Shown: positions 1 through 13,188, counted from the stretch's first letter. The stretch is 64,000 nt of DNA from Planktothrix sp. GU0601_MAG3 (GCA_035193785.1 CP136572.1:4660578-4724577); one strand, 5' to 3'. Numbers and translations: made by a program. Notes: generated from the letters alone by a model not told the origin.

Positions 1-3000
1 ATCGCAATTTTTAACCAATCTCAAACCACCCGTTTATTAACTCCTAATTCCTTAACAATCAATCAGGGGAAAACCTGTATAATTATTACTATAGATAATC
101 GACCCGTGGGCATATTAACCCATCGGGATATTGTGCGTTTAATTGCCCAACGAGTTGATCTGCAAAATTTGACCGTAGGCGAAGTTATGACCCAACCAGT
201 GATTACCCTTCAAGAAACAGAATTTACCCATTTAAGTACAACTTTAAACCTACTACACAAGCATAATATTCGTCATTTACCCCTAGTAAATGCCCAGGGT
301 AAATTAGTTGGTTTACTCAGCCATCGAGACTTAAAAAATTCCCTAGAAACCGACGGATTTATTGAAACTAAGAACCATTGAGGAGGTGATGAATTCAACC
401 GTTGTACAAGCACCCGCTACAATTTCTTTATTAAAATTAGTGGAATTAATGAATGACGCTCGGGTTAGTTGTGTCGTTTTAGTTGAGGAAAGAATTGATA
501 ATCAAGAACAATTTAAAATTCCGGTAGGTCTGATGACGGAAGCAGATATTATCAAGTTTCAAGCCTTAGATTTAGATTGGAATTTAGAGGCTCAAACCGC
601 CATGAATACCCCCCTATTTTGCCTCAAACCCAATGATACATTATTAGCGGCTCATCTGTTAATGCAGCAATCTAATATTCATCGAATCCCGATTGTGGGC
701 GATCGCGGGGAACTACTTGGTATTATTACTCCAACAAGTATTTTACAAGCCATTAACCCGATTGATTTATTAGAATTAGTGGATTTATTACGACAAAGAA
801 TCAATCATTTAGAAGCGGAAAAACTGCAATTACTTCAAACTCAAAATACCAAACTCGAAGAAAAAATTCAAGAACGCACAGATGCTTTAAAACAAGCAAA
901 TCAACAATTACAAGCGGAGATCCAAGAACGAAGCTTAATCGAAGCTAAAATGGCATTACAGTCTTCCCTTTTAGATCAGGTCAAAAACGCTATTATTGCG
1001 ACGGATTTAGAGGGAACTATCATTTATTGGAATCACTATGCTCAAACTTTATATCAGTGGACGGCCGAAGACGCCCTAGGTAATAATATTATTGATTTTT
1101 TTGTGCCTCTGGATCAACAGGATTTAGCCGAGGAAATTGTTAATGAAGTTATCAAAAAAGGATATTGGGAAGGAGAATTTACCACCTCGCGTAAAGATGG
1201 TAGCACCTTACCAATCCATGTTTTTGATACCTTAATTCGAGATCAGGGGGAAAATCCCATAGGTTTAGTGGGAATTAGTTTTGATATTAGCGAACGGAAA
1301 AAAGCCGAACAACAATTACACCAACAAGTTCAACGGGAACGGCTATTTTACCAAACCGCCCTGCATATTCGTCAATCTTTAAATTTAAAGGATATTTTGA
1401 ATAATGCCGTGGTGGATATTCGAGAAATTCTCCATTGTGATCGGGTTTTAGTCTATGAATTTGATGCGGTATTTAATGGAATAATTATGGCGGAATCCGT
1501 GGGAGAGGGCTGGAATTCTAGCTTGGGAATGTATTTAGAAGATACCTGCTTTAGAAGCGGAAGTGCCTCCCATTATTTACAGGGTAAAAAAACTGCTATT
1601 GATAATATTGAAACAGCAAATTTAACGGAATGTTATCGGCAATTCTTGCATAAATTTCAGGTTAAAGCCAATTTAGTTGTTCCGATTTTAATTCAAGACC
1701 ATAATCGAGAAAATGAAAATTATCTTTGGGGATTATTAATCGCTCATCAATGTTCTTCTCCTAGAAATTGGCATTCTAATGAATTAGAATTACTAGATAA
1801 AATTGCCGTTCAACTCTCGATAGGGATTCAACAATCACAGCTTTATCAAACGTCGGCAATCGAAATTCAGGAACGACAAAAAATTGAGCAGGAATTAAGA
1901 TTATTAAATCAACAATTAGAAACTAGAATTCTGGATCGAACCGCTAAATTAGAACGTCAAGAACGCAAATCCCGTCTGTTTGCGGAAATCGCGTTAAAGA
2001 TTCGTCAATCTTTAGATATTGATCAAATTTTACCCACTACAGTCACGGAAGTACAAAAAATTTTAGGGTGCGATCGCCTGTTAATTTATCGAGTCTTTGC
2101 CAATGGGACGGGACGGACGATCGCAGAAAGTGTATTACCCGGATGGGATTCAATTCTTAATTTTGACTTTCCTGAAGAAGTTTTTCCCCTAGAATATCAA
2201 CAACTTTATTCTAATAGAACAGTAAAAGCCATTGCAGATATATACCAAAACTATCAAGATGTCACCCCCTGTTTAATCGAATTTTTACAACAATGGAATA
2301 TTAAAGCTAAATTGATTGTTTCCGATTATTCAAAATAATAGTTTTTGGGGATTTATGATTGCTCATCACTGTATTTCCCCTCGAGAATGGACGGAATTTG
2401 AAATTGAACTGATGCGAGAAATTGCCGATCAAGTGGGTGTGGCTTTAGAACAAGCTCAATTAGTAGAAGCCCTGCGGGAGCGAGAACAATTTATTGAAAG
2501 TATTACCGATAGTAGTCCTAATATTTTATATCTGTATGATTCGGAGCAAAATCGCAGTATTTATAATAGCCGATCCCTCACCACCCTTCTAGGATATACC
2601 CCGGCAGAATTGTTGATAATGGGAGATGATTTTTTCAGACTGTTTTATCCTGATGATCAACAAGCGGTGGTTAAACACCTGCAAGAAACGGCTCAACTAA
2701 GTGATCGACAGGTCAGTTATATTGAATATCGCATCCAACACAAAAATGGGGAATGGTTATGGTTTTCTAGTCATTCCACTGTATTTAAACGAGATTCAGA
2801 CGGGAAGACCCAACAAATTTTAGGCGTGGCTCAAAATATTACCGATCGCAAACAAGCTGAAGATAATTTAAAACGCCAGTTAGCGGCGGTAGAAGCCTCT
2901 ATTGATGGAATTTCTATTCTAAAAAATGAAGAATATATTTATGTTAATAATGCCCATTTAAAACTTTTTGGCTATAGTCACCCCGAGGAATTATTAACTA

Positions 3001-4464
3001 AAAATTGGCGAGTTCTTTATACCTTAGAGGTAGTAAAATGGTTTGAAAAAGATATATTTCCCCTGTTAAAACAACAGAAATTCTGGCGGGGAGAAACCAT
3101 TGGTTTAAGAAAAGATGGCACAACCTTTAATCAAGAAGTTTCCTTTACCGTCACAGAAGATGGGGATTATATTTGTATTTCTCAAGATATTAGTGAACGT
3201 CAAGCCGCCCTACAGGAACGCCAACAGGCTGAAATTCAACTGCGTCAAACCAATGAACAATTAGCGATCGCTAACGCCGAACTTGCCCGGGCTTCCCGTC
3301 TCAAGGACGAATTTCTAGCCAATATGAGCCACGAACTTAGGACTCCCCTTAACTCAATTTTAGGAATGTCAGAAGTTCTACAGGAACAAACCTTTGGAGA
3401 ACTCAATGAACAACAAAATCAAGCCCTAGGGCTAATTTATAGAAATGGAAAACACCTGCTGGAATTAATTAATGATATCCTCGATCTTTCCAAAATTGAA
3501 GCTGGAAAATTAGACCTAGAATGCTCCCCCGTTTCCGTGAACGAACTCTGTCAACATAGTTTAAGTTTTGTCAAACAACAAGCCCATCAAAAAAAGATTC
3601 GACTTAGTTATCAAATTGAAGATGTCACCGAAGCCCTGAATGTAGATGAACGTCGAATACGTCAGGTTTTAATTAATTTACTCAATAATGCGGTAAAATT
3701 TACCCCCGAGGGTGGACGGGTGCGTCTGGAAGTCAGGGGAGATCTTGAGGAAAAAAGGGTGCGTTTTTCTGTGATTGATAATGGCATTGGCATTGCCCTC
3801 GAAGATCAAGCGCGATTATTTCAAGTATTTGTTCAAATTGATAGTCGTTTATCTCGACGTTATGAAGGTACGGGTTTAGGATTAGTTTTAGTTAAAAAAC
3901 TGGTGGAAATGCACGGGGGAACAGTGACAATTGACAGCCAACCCGGAAAAGGCAGTTGCTTTACCGTTGCCCTACCTTGGACTCAAGCCCTGTGGAGAGA
4001 ATCTCTGAGGTTAACTCCAGCCCAACTTTTAGACAGATCGGCCCCGTCTGGGATCGTTTCCGAGTCGGTCAAAACCTCCTTTAATTCTACTGGCGGAAGA
4101 TAATCCCGATAATATTCAGACCTTGCTTAACTACTTACAGGCTAAGGGGTTTGATTTGGAAGTGGCCAGAAATGGGATCGAGGCAGTTCAAAAAGCGAAT
4201 GGTTTACATCCAGATTTGATTTTAATGGATATTTCCATGCCAGAAATGGACGGTTTGGAAGCCATCCGCCAAATTCGGGCTGATCCACAAATGGCCACCC
4301 TACCAATCATTGCCTTAACAGCCTTTGCTATGGCGGGCGACCGGGAACAATGTTTGGCTGCTGGGGCGAATGAATATCTGCCTAAACCCGTACAAATCCG
4401 ACAGTTAGTTCAGTTAATTCAGAATTTTCTGTTGGAAAATCAGAGGAAAAATGATGAACAATAG
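1..4464 (+). CDS. Hybrid sensor histidine kinase, CBS-PAS-GAF-GAF-PAS-PAS-HisKA-HATPase-REC; 5' end outside window; split by 3 apparent single-base insertions
   Basis: ORFs 106..381, 362..2338, 2316..4103 and 4123..4464 join in frame when one base is removed at GAAAC/GTTTC near 345, 2317 and 4057. Motifs: CBS (IRHLPLV, IHRIPIV), H-box FLANMSHELRTPL, G-box GTGLGL, receiver DLILMD..MP.MDG. Confidence 0.9.
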
Positions 4465-5455
4465 CCGAATTCCAGCCAAAAAATCCCGCAAATTGATCAA
4501 CTTCTTTTCCCTGGGAATTTTAATCTGCATCGGTTGGGGAATATTAGTTAGTTGTTTTGAACAACCGACAACACCCCTGCTGGTAGGCGTTAATAATTGG
4601 CCGGGTTTCGCCCCTTTATATTTAGCCGAGCAGTTGGGTTACTATCAAAATAGTTCGATTGATATTGTTGATTATCCCTCCACCACTGAAATCAGTCGCG
4701 GAATGCGTAGTGGGAATTTACAAGGGGGGGGGATAACTATTGATGAAACCTTAATCCTGGCGGAAACCTTTCCAGAAGTTCGGGTGATTATGTTGATAGA
4801 TGTATCCAATGGTGCAGATGTAATCCTGGGGAAACCGGAGTTAAAAACCCTAGCAGATATTAAGGGAAAAAAAGTTGGGGTGGAAAACACCGCATTAGGG
4901 GCTTATATGCTGAGTCGAGGACTTGATAAGGCGGGACTTTCTCTACAGGATATTACCGTTGTTTCCTTGGATTACTCGGAACATGAAGCCGCGTTTAAAC
5001 AGGGTGAAGTTGATGCCGTTGTTACCTTTGAGCCAGTTCGTTCTAACTTACTGGCAACGGGTGCTAAAGTCTTATTTGATAGCAGCAAAATACCGGGGGA
5101 AGTGGTGGATATGTTGGTGGTACGTCAGGATATCTTAGAAACTCGATCTAAGGATTTAGAGAAGTTAGTCCGGGGCTGGTTTATGGCATTAGATTATTTA
5201 AAAAAAGAACCGGAAAATGCAGCTAAAATCATGGCAAAACGGGGAGGAATCACAGCGAAGGAATTTTTGTCCTCTCTGCAACTATTGAGGTTTTTTACAC
5301 CCATAGAAAATCAAAAACTTCTCTCCCAAACCGATCTAAGTCTGGTTAATTCTGCTAATAAATTATCTAAATTAATGAGGGAAAAGGAAATACTACAGTC
5401 AAATATAGATTTTTCATCTTTGTTAGATCCTCGTTTTTTCACTCAATTGAATTAA
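4451..5455 (+). CDS. Periplasmic substrate-binding protein, SsuA/NMT1-like; possible lipoprotein
   Basis: Hydrophobic N-terminus ending ILVSC; WPGFAPLYLA; DVSNGAD; GEVDAVVTFEP. Overlaps the stop of the upstream kinase. Confidence 0.8.
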   Translation: MMNNSRIPAKKSRKLINFFSLGILICIGWGILVSCFEQPTTPLLVGVNNWPGFAPLYLAEQLGYYQNSSIDIVDYPSTTEISRGMRSGNLQGGGITIDETLILAETFPEVRVIMLIDVSNGADVILGKPELKTLADIKGKKVGVENTALGAYMLSRGLDKAGLSLQDITVVSLDYSEHEAAFKQGEVDAVVTFEPVRSNLLATGAKVLFDSSKIPGEVVDMLVVRQDILETRSKDLEKLVRGWFMALDYLKKEPENAAKIMAKRGGITAKEFLSSLQLLRFFTPIENQKLLSQTDLSLVNSANKLSKLMREKEILQSNIDFSSLLDPRFFTQLN

Positions 5456-5463
5456 TCTAATCC

Positions 5464-7159
5464 ATGAAACGTTTTGCTTTTAATCTACCTCTGCGCGTCA
5501 CTATTCCCAGTTTACTTCTATTTTTAGGTAGTGGACTGGGTTTGTATAGTTTGATAATAGAAGTAAACACAACCTATAAACGTCAGGAAAACAAAGCTTT
5601 AGAAACAGGCAGATTTTTATAGTGAAAAAACTGTCACCCTCTTAGAATTTGTTTTACGACGGGCTAACATGGGTAGTAAAAGTTTAGATGGGGCCAAGCT
5701 GGTGATTGGTGAAATGGGAGAAGAACCTAACTTAAAATTATCAGCTTTCCTGGATGAAAATAATGTTATTATTTTTTCCAGTTATTATCAATTACAACAA
5801 AAACCCATAAATAATACAGGTTTTTCCTATCTTTACCCCCAGATTCAAAAGGTTAAACAAACCAAAGTTCAAGAAAAAATTTGGTCAGATAATCGGCAGA
5901 GTTTAAAGGTAATTACCCCGGTCATACTTCCCCCAAAACCCAATCAATTACGTCCTCAAGTGGGAACTCTACTCTCAATTTATGATCTAACTCGCATCAA
6001 AAAACAAGCCTATCAGGATGCCTTAAACCGTTCTTTACAAATGAATGTAGTAGTGCTGATTATTTGTTTATTGGTTTGGTTATTTTTTGAACTGACCTTA
6101 ACCAAAAGAGTCTCGCGGTTAGTATTAGTGAGTCAGAATTTAGCTCAGGGAGATTTAAGCGATCGCAGCCGCCTAGAAGGGTCAGACGAATTAGCTCAAA
6201 TTTCCATAGCCTTTGATCAAATGGCGGAAAAAATTGAACAGGATACCTATATTTTACAGGAATCTCAAATCGAATTACAACAAAAAGCCACCGAATTAGA
6301 AAAAGCTCTCACCCAACTCAAACAAACTCAAACTCAATTATTACAAAGTGAAAAAATGTCTAGTTTGGGGCAATTAGTAGCTGGAATTGCCCATGAAATT
6401 AATAATCCGGTGAGTTTTATTTTTGGCAATATCACCTATGCGAAAGAATATACAGATAGCTTACTGAATTTAATCTACTTGTATCAAACCTATTATCCCC
6501 AACCCGTTCTCAAAATTCAAACCGAAATTGATCAATTAGATTTAGAATTTCTGGAATTAGACCTCCAGAAAATTTTTAATTCTATGCAGGTAGGAAGTCA
6601 AAGAATCGCTGATATTGTCCTATCCTTGCGTTCATTTTCCCGTTTAGATGAAGCCGATATCAAAACCGTAGATTTACATGAAAATCTTGATAATACCCTA
6701 ATTATTTTAAAACATCGTCTTAAAGCCCAAGCCTCTCGACCGGAAATTAAAGTGATCAAAAATTATGGAAATATTCCCTTAATTCACTGCTATGTCAGTC
6801 AGCTAAATCAAGTCTTTATGAATATTTTTATTAATGCTATTGATGCCCTAGAAACAGCCCAACAAAACAGCCCACCACAAATTTATATTCATACAGATAT
6901 TCTCACCGATTCCCAACCTCAAAAATGGGTACAAATTCAAATTTCTGATAACGGTTTAGGCATGGATGAAAGCATTTGTAGTCGGATTTTTGAACCCTTT
7001 TTCACCACTAAACCCGTTGGTCGCGGCACAGGCATGGGTTTAGCCATTAGTTATCAAATTATCGTGGAAAAACATCAAGGTCAACTCCTCTGTACCTCTA
7101 CACCCGGAGAAGGGAGTACCTTTGTCATCAGCTTACCCGTAATCAGTCATCAGTTATAG
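5464..7159 (+). CDS. Membrane HAMP sensor histidine kinase (apparent frameshift ~5602)
   Basis: ATG 5464 and TM1 join ORF 5669..7159 after removing one A at GAAAC ~5602. Second TM, HAMP ([13 protein letters not shown]), H-box [28 protein letters not shown]. Confidence 0.85.
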
Positions 7160-7390
7160 CAGGGGAGGCAGGGGGAGTAGGGGGAGCAGGGGAGGCAGGG
7201 GGAGCAGGGGGAGCAGGGGGAGCAGGGGAGGCGAGGGGAGGCGAGGGGGGCAGGGGGAGCAGGGGGAGCAGGGGAGCAGGGGGAGCAGGGGGAGCAGGGG
7301 AGCAGGGGGAGCAGGGGGAGCAGGGGAGCAGGGGGAGCAGGGGGAGCAGGGGGAGCAGGGGGAGCAGGGGAGCAGGGGAGGCGGGGGATG
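7157..7390. repeat. G-rich short tandem repeat array (GGGG(G)AGCA)n
   Basis: Direct 8-9-nt tandem units between convergent genes. Confidence 0.95.
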
Positions 7391-7408
7391 TGAACTCCTT
7401 CTGTTACC

Positions 7409-7448
7409 AATTCGTAATTCGTAATTCGTAATTCGTAATTCGTAATTC
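7409..7448. repeat. Heptamer tandem repeat (AATTCGT)5, STRR-like
   Basis: Directly visible. Confidence 0.9.
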
Positions 7449-7452
7449 CCTC

Positions 7453-10286
7453 TTAACATTGAGGAGGTAACACACCCGCAGGCTGTGGTGTACCATTGGG
7501 GGGATTAGTCACTAATTCGATAACCCCATCAGCCCTCACTATCCATCCTTGAACTTCCTGAATATTTCGCCGTAGGGACGTGCCCGAGCGCAGCGATGCC
7601 GTAGGCGATTGGCGCATCTCCACAGGGGGTGTGGGGGTTACAGGGGATGTTATCGTCGGTTCAACCAAATTAATCCAATTGATAACCGTCGGTTTCAGAC
7701 CCCAAAGCATCATTGGGACTTGCTGGTAAGCCCCCCCGTCCGGTAATCACAAATTGATTTTGTTGATTTCCCGAACAGCGAGCCGCAATTAAGCTGGTGG
7801 GGTCAACTAAATTACTCGGTAACGACCCTATCCCGGCACTGGGGTCAACTTCTGGACTACTAATTTCCACCGCCCCACTGAATGCGGCCCCTAACTCACT
7901 GGTGGCGGTAATATCACTTTGGGGAGTCTGAAATTCTCGAAACTGGGTTCCAAACACCCCTTGAGCATTAATTCTCACCTGTCCTCCTTTCCCCGCTTGA
8001 GCATTAGCCGTGATATCACTATTTTCCAAGGCAACTAAATTAGAAGTACCCAGGGTAATATTACCCCCATCGGCGTTTCCGGCATTCGTGGTAATTTGGC
8101 TATCCCGTCGCAGTTCCACCTGTCGCGCCTGTAGCCGAATATTGCCCCCAGTTCCAGCGACGGTGGCGGCACTAATGGTTCCTTCGTTATCCAATAAAAC
8201 CCTATCCGCCTGAATTTCCAAGTTACCCGCGGCTCCCTCATTGGTTCCCCGCACCCCAATTTCCGCCCCATTGCCCACCGTTAACCTTCTGGTATTAATC
8301 CGTAAATCCCCGGCACTTCCCGCCCCACTGGTATTCGACTCAATGGAACTGGGAACAATACCATCGCCAATAGTTCCAAAGGAAACGGATTCAACAGATT
8401 TATCAATATTGGTGGCAAACCCCACAACATCAATGGATTCCGAGGCATTTAAGGTTAAATTTCCCGCCGCCCCTTCCCCGCCAGTCGCTGCCGAAATTTG
8501 AGCTCCCCCCTGCACCACCAACCGTTGAGTATTGACGGTTAAATCCCCGGCGGGTGCAGTGCCTTTTTGTCCCTGGACGGTCAACAGGGAAGATGAGGTA
8601 AATAACCCACTCAAAAACCGGCCATCCTCCGATACTCCCCGCAGTTGCACCGATTCCGCGTTCACGGTTAAATTGCCGCCTTTCCCGGCGCCCGCCGCCG
8701 AAGCCGATACCTGCACCCCGTCCGCAACCATAAGTTCCCGGCTGTTAATCGTGATATCCCCGGCGCCTCCAGTACCCAAGGTGGCGGTAAATAATCCCCC
8801 CGGGGAAGCGACGCCCGATTTCACCCCCCGCAGTTCCACGGTATCGGCATTCACGGTAATATTTCCCCCCTGGCCTTCCCCCGAACGTCCGGGACTGGTG
8901 ATAATATATCCATCTTGGAGGACACGCAATTGGGGGGTAATAATATTGATATCTCCAGAATCCCCCTGGCTAATGGTTTCCGGTGACCACAATCGAACCA
9001 TTAGTAATATCCACGGATTTCGAGGCTAATAGGGTAATATTTCCCCCTGACCCAATCCCCACGGTGGGGGTTAAAATAGTTGCCCCATTCATAATCTGGA
9101 TTTGGGGGGTTTCTAGGGTGACATTTCCCGATGCTCCTTCACCCGCACTGACGCTAAAAATACCATCATAAAGATTAGTGGGACTAAAGGTTTCTAATAA
9201 TAATTGTTCGATGAAGGATAGGGGCTGAGTCCCGATTAAATCAATTGAATTGTTAGCCTTAATATTAATATCTCCGGCGTTTCCTGTGCCAATAGTGGAG
9301 GAGGAGATAAAGGCACGATTATTTAATTGCAATTGTTCGGCTTGAATTTGGATGCCGCCACCATTAAGGGCATCTAAGGTATTAGCAAGAATCCGGGAAC
9401 CATCGGTGAGAAAAACCTTTCCCCCTTGGATAGTAACTAATCCCCCTCCGGCTCCACTGGTATCAATTTGACTTTGACGTAATAATTGAATCGAGCCGAA
9501 TTGAAGATTGGGAGAGTTAAATTGTTCCGGCTGGGGTTGTAAAGACCAGGTGCCATTTTGCAGGGATGCTAATTCAATTCTACCATTAAAAGCGGTAAGA
9601 TTTCCTTGATTTAAAACCACATCTCCCCCGATTAAACTAATATTTTGACCGGGTTGAACTTGTAATCCTGTTGTGGCACTTTTGCCATCCACTCCTAGGC
9701 CTACAGCCTGGGATTGATTGGTGATAGCCCCGGGTTGATTTCCCAGTTGTAACCCCATCGGAACATTAACGGTTAATAGGGGCGGTGCTTGGGGATTAGT
9801 GGCACTAAATTCACCGCCATGATCAAAAATAATACTATTAGCGGTACTAGCGGTAAAAGACCCGCCAATATTTAGTTGAGCCTTGGGGCCAAATAATATT
9901 CCCTGGGGATTAATTAAGAATAAATTGGCCGTACCATTGGCTTGAATTAAACCTTGGATGTTGGAGATATTATTGCCAGTAACGCGACTAATAATATTTT
10001 TAATATCCACGGAGTTATTGAAAAAGGCAGCCACACCTTCGGGAACTGAAAAGTCTTTAAAACTATGGAATAAGTTAATCCCATTTTGGGTTCCACCTTC
10101 GATTTTAATAATACTACCATTGGGGGTAATAATAGTATTTTGAGGTAGGGTTTGATCGGGTATGATTTGTGCGATCGCTTTGGAAGGATTCCAGCTATTA
10201 ATCAGAGGAAATGCCAAGAAAATTAATGTTGTTTTTAAAAGGGATTTATGGTTTTTAAGTAAAGATTCAGAAGTTAAAATTCTCAT
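7453..10286 (-). CDS. Filamentous haemagglutinin-like (TPS-domain) secreted beta-helical protein; 2 apparent frameshifts
   Basis: Signal peptide ending AIAQI; NLFHSF; LFLINPQG; GxAGdixi repeats; C-terminal FVITGRGGLP and EVQGW. ORFs join at ~8975 and ~7692. Confidence 0.88.
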
Positions 10287-10345
10287 GTTTAATTCCTTTT
10301 TTTGAGGTTTAAAAGTTATTAAAAAAACAAAGTATTTGTTGTTAA

Positions 10346-11828
10346 TTAATTTCCCTGATTTAAAATAGTAACTGGTTTTTTATGTAGATTATTTTGCACT
10401 GGCATTTCCTGAGTAATGGGAATTTCAATAATAAATTCCGTTCCCTTCCCCGGGGTAGAAGTACATTGTAAACTACCTTTATGTTTTTCAACCACAATAT
10501 TTTTACTGATAGATAAACCAATCCCCGTCCCCTTACCTAAAGGTTTTGTGGTGAAAAACGGTTCAAATAGATGGGCTAAAATTTCCTCAGCCATTCCCCC
10601 AGCATTATCACTAATTTTAATCGTGACATTATGATCATTAATAATATCGGTTTTAATTAAAATGTGACCCGGATTAACCTGCAATTCTTCAATATTTTTT
10701 TGTTCATTGTTTTCTTCAATCGCATCAATGGCATTAGCCAAAATATTCATAAAAACTTGATTCATTTCTCCTCCATAACATTCAACTAAAGGTAAAGAGG
10801 AACTATATTCTTTGATTACATGAATCGCCGGATGATCCTGTTTTCGTTTTAACCGATTTTGTAAAATCATTAAGGTGCTATCAATCCCTTCATGAAGATT
10901 AGTTGCTCTCATTTGAGAACTATCCTGGCGGGCAAAATTTCGTAAACTCAGCACAATTTCTCGAATCCGTTTCTGCACCCACTTGCATCGATTCTAACAT
11001 CTTCGGCAAGTCTTCTAAAATAAAGTCTAATTCTACCGCTTCCACCTCCTGTTGAATCACTGGATGGGGATTAGAATAATACTGTTGATAGAGTTCAAAT
11101 ATCTTTAAAAGATTGTCAGTGTATTCTTGAACATAAGCCAGATTTCCATAAATAAAATTAACCGGATTATTAATTTCATGGGCAATTCCAGCTAACATTT
11201 GCCCAAGAATTGACATTTTTTCGGTATTCATTAATTGAGTTTGAATAATCTTGATTTTATTGAAACACTGTTCTAAAGCAATTTTATTATTTGCTGATTC
11301 TATAATAGATTTTTGTAATTCTTCTTGCTGGGATGCAACCTTTATTTCCAATTGATGATTAATATTTTTAAGCTGGAAATTTTTTCGCCTTTCTATTTCT
11401 AATTCTTGTTTTAATTGATTAAAACTTTGCCGGACTTCTTTGCGATTTTCAGCCAATCTCCAATAGTTATTTAATTTTAGTAAAAACTCCCCATTCTCTA
11501 AACCAGTAAATAGATAATCTATCACTCCTAAACTCAACCCGGTTTTGATATTTTCTTGATTTTGAGAAGTTGTAATCAAAACAATTGGAATATTTAGACC
11601 AGAATTTTGCAAATGTTGACACAACCGATATTCATTCTCACCCGGCATGGAAACCGCAATAAAAATTAAATCAGCCAGAGATAATTTTTCCATAGAAACA
11701 GTAGCTTTATCTGGATTTATCCACAATAAATTAACCTGTTTTTGATCGAATAAATCTAATAAAATCTGGAGGTCGATTGAATGGTTATCAATTATTAAAA
11801 TAGTAGTTAATTCGGACTCACTCATCAT
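10346..11828 (-). CDS. Receiver-like domain plus histidine kinase (apparent frameshift ~10969)
   Basis: N-terminal degenerate REC, H-box [28 protein letters not shown]. Confidence 0.85.
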
Positions 11829-12076
11829 TTATTCTTCCTCAATAAATTGGTAAAATCCACTGTTGATTACCCTTAACAAATTGTTTAAATATGGGATTTG
11901 ACAACTGACCTCCATAACCCCGATTATTTCTTGACCCTGGCTTACCCAGACTTCCGTAAAATAACCCCGATAATCAAATCATACAATATTGTTAGGAAAT
12001 GACAGGAAATTGGCGGATCAGATTTTGAGGATGGGGGGATGTTAACATACGACAAACCCCCTAATCCCGACTTTCG

Positions 12077-12937
12077 ATGAGCTTTCTATGTCCAGTCTGT
12101 GACTCTAACTATCAAAAACCGATTCCAGAAACTTGTGTAGTCTGTGGATGGGATTTACAACTCCATGTATCCATACCAGAAGGTTTAAAACAGGATCAAA
12201 AATGTTTAAATTGGGCAAGACAAACTTGGAAACGTCTGCAAACCGTTGATATTTCTCAACAGAAAACCCCTGCTAAAGCCAAAAAAAGGTTAACCGTTGC
12301 TGACCTTTTACCTCGGTTAGAATCCCTAGAAAATCAACTGCAACAGGCTACCTTAGAAAGACAAAACCTACAGAATTTGTTAGAATGGATATTACATTAT
12401 TTAGAAACCCTTAACCCTGAATTATTAGTTAATATAACTCCTCCATCTTACCCAAATTTCCCCCAATCAGAAATTAGTATAGACTACAGTTCGCTAATCG
12501 AATTATTAGCCAATGGAGATTGGAAAACCGCCGATGAATATACCTGGGAATTAATTTTATATATTACCGAAAGAGAAACCGAAAAATGGTTAAGACCCGA
12601 AGATATTGAAGGGTTTCCCTGTACGGATTTAAACACAATAAATCGGCTCTGGGAATATTATAGTCAGGGATTATTTAGTTTGACCAGTCAATGGCAAATT
12701 TTCTATTATTTAGAAGGAGATTATCCAAAATTTTGTGATCAAGTCGGTTGGCGTAGGGGAGAAAGTTGGCTTTATTATGAAGAATTAAATTTTTCTCTCC
12801 ATGCACCTTTAGGACATTTACCTATTATTGCTTGGCGAAAACGAGCCTGTTATGGGGTAGGAAATGCCGCCCCAAATGAAAATTTATCCTTAATCTTTTC
12901 TCGCCTTTCCACCTGTAGTAAGCCCTTCAGGGCTTAA
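12077..12937 (+). CDS. GUN4-domain protein with N-terminal CxxC...CxxC motif
   Basis: C-terminal LLANGDWKTAD...FPCTDL..INRLW..YS.G.F...VGWR...APLGHLP is typical of GUN4-like domains; CPVC/CVVC at the N-terminus. Confidence 0.8.
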   Translation: MSFLCPVCDSNYQKPIPETCVVCGWDLQLHVSIPEGLKQDQKCLNWARQTWKRLQTVDISQQKTPAKAKKRLTVADLLPRLESLENQLQQATLERQNLQNLLEWILHYLETLNPELLVNITPPSYPNFPQSEISIDYSSLIELLANGDWKTADEYTWELILYITERETEKWLRPEDIEGFPCTDLNTINRLWEYYSQGLFSLTSQWQIFYYLEGDYPKFCDQVGWRRGESWLYYEELNFSLHAPLGHLPIIAWRKRACYGVGNAAPNENLSLIFSRLSTCSKPFRA

Positions 12938-13184
12938 TCCCCTCAAAAGTATAAGATATAAAAGAAAGCCCTAAAGGGCTTACTACTTTTATGGCGTTAG
13001 GTGTTAAAATAATAGTAGTAGGCCCTTCAGGGCCTAATCCTCTCCAACCTAAAAATATAGGAGAAAGCCCTTTAGGGCTTACTACTTTTATGGCGTTAGG
13101 TGTTAAAATAATAGTAGTAGGCCCTTCAGGGCCTAATCCCCTCCAACCTAAAAATACAGGAGAAAGCCCTAAAGGGCTTACTAC
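12915..13184. repeat. Three tandem REP pairs (REPIN-like), ~99-bp period
   Basis: GTAG-footed palindromes GTAGTA(A/G)GCCCTTCAGGGC(T/C)T at 12915, 13015 and 13114 alternate with inverted copies AAGCCCT..AGGGCTTACTAC at 12966, 13065 and 13164. Confidence 0.9.
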
Positions 13185-13188
13185 TTTT

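Noticed and set aside
7150..7459. Pro/Cys-rich ORFs (also 33299..33511, 34353..34655, 34360..34626, 37620..37805, 51534..51917)
   Set aside because: They are translations of tandem repeats, not plausible genes.
8010..10143. Antisense ORFs over the haemagglutinin-like gene and other long genes
   Set aside because: Shadow frames of well-supported genes with no independent motifs.
12915..13184. CRISPR array
   Set aside because: Repeats alternate in orientation, the intervening sequences are near-identical rather than unique, no cas genes are present, and a RAYT is adjacent.
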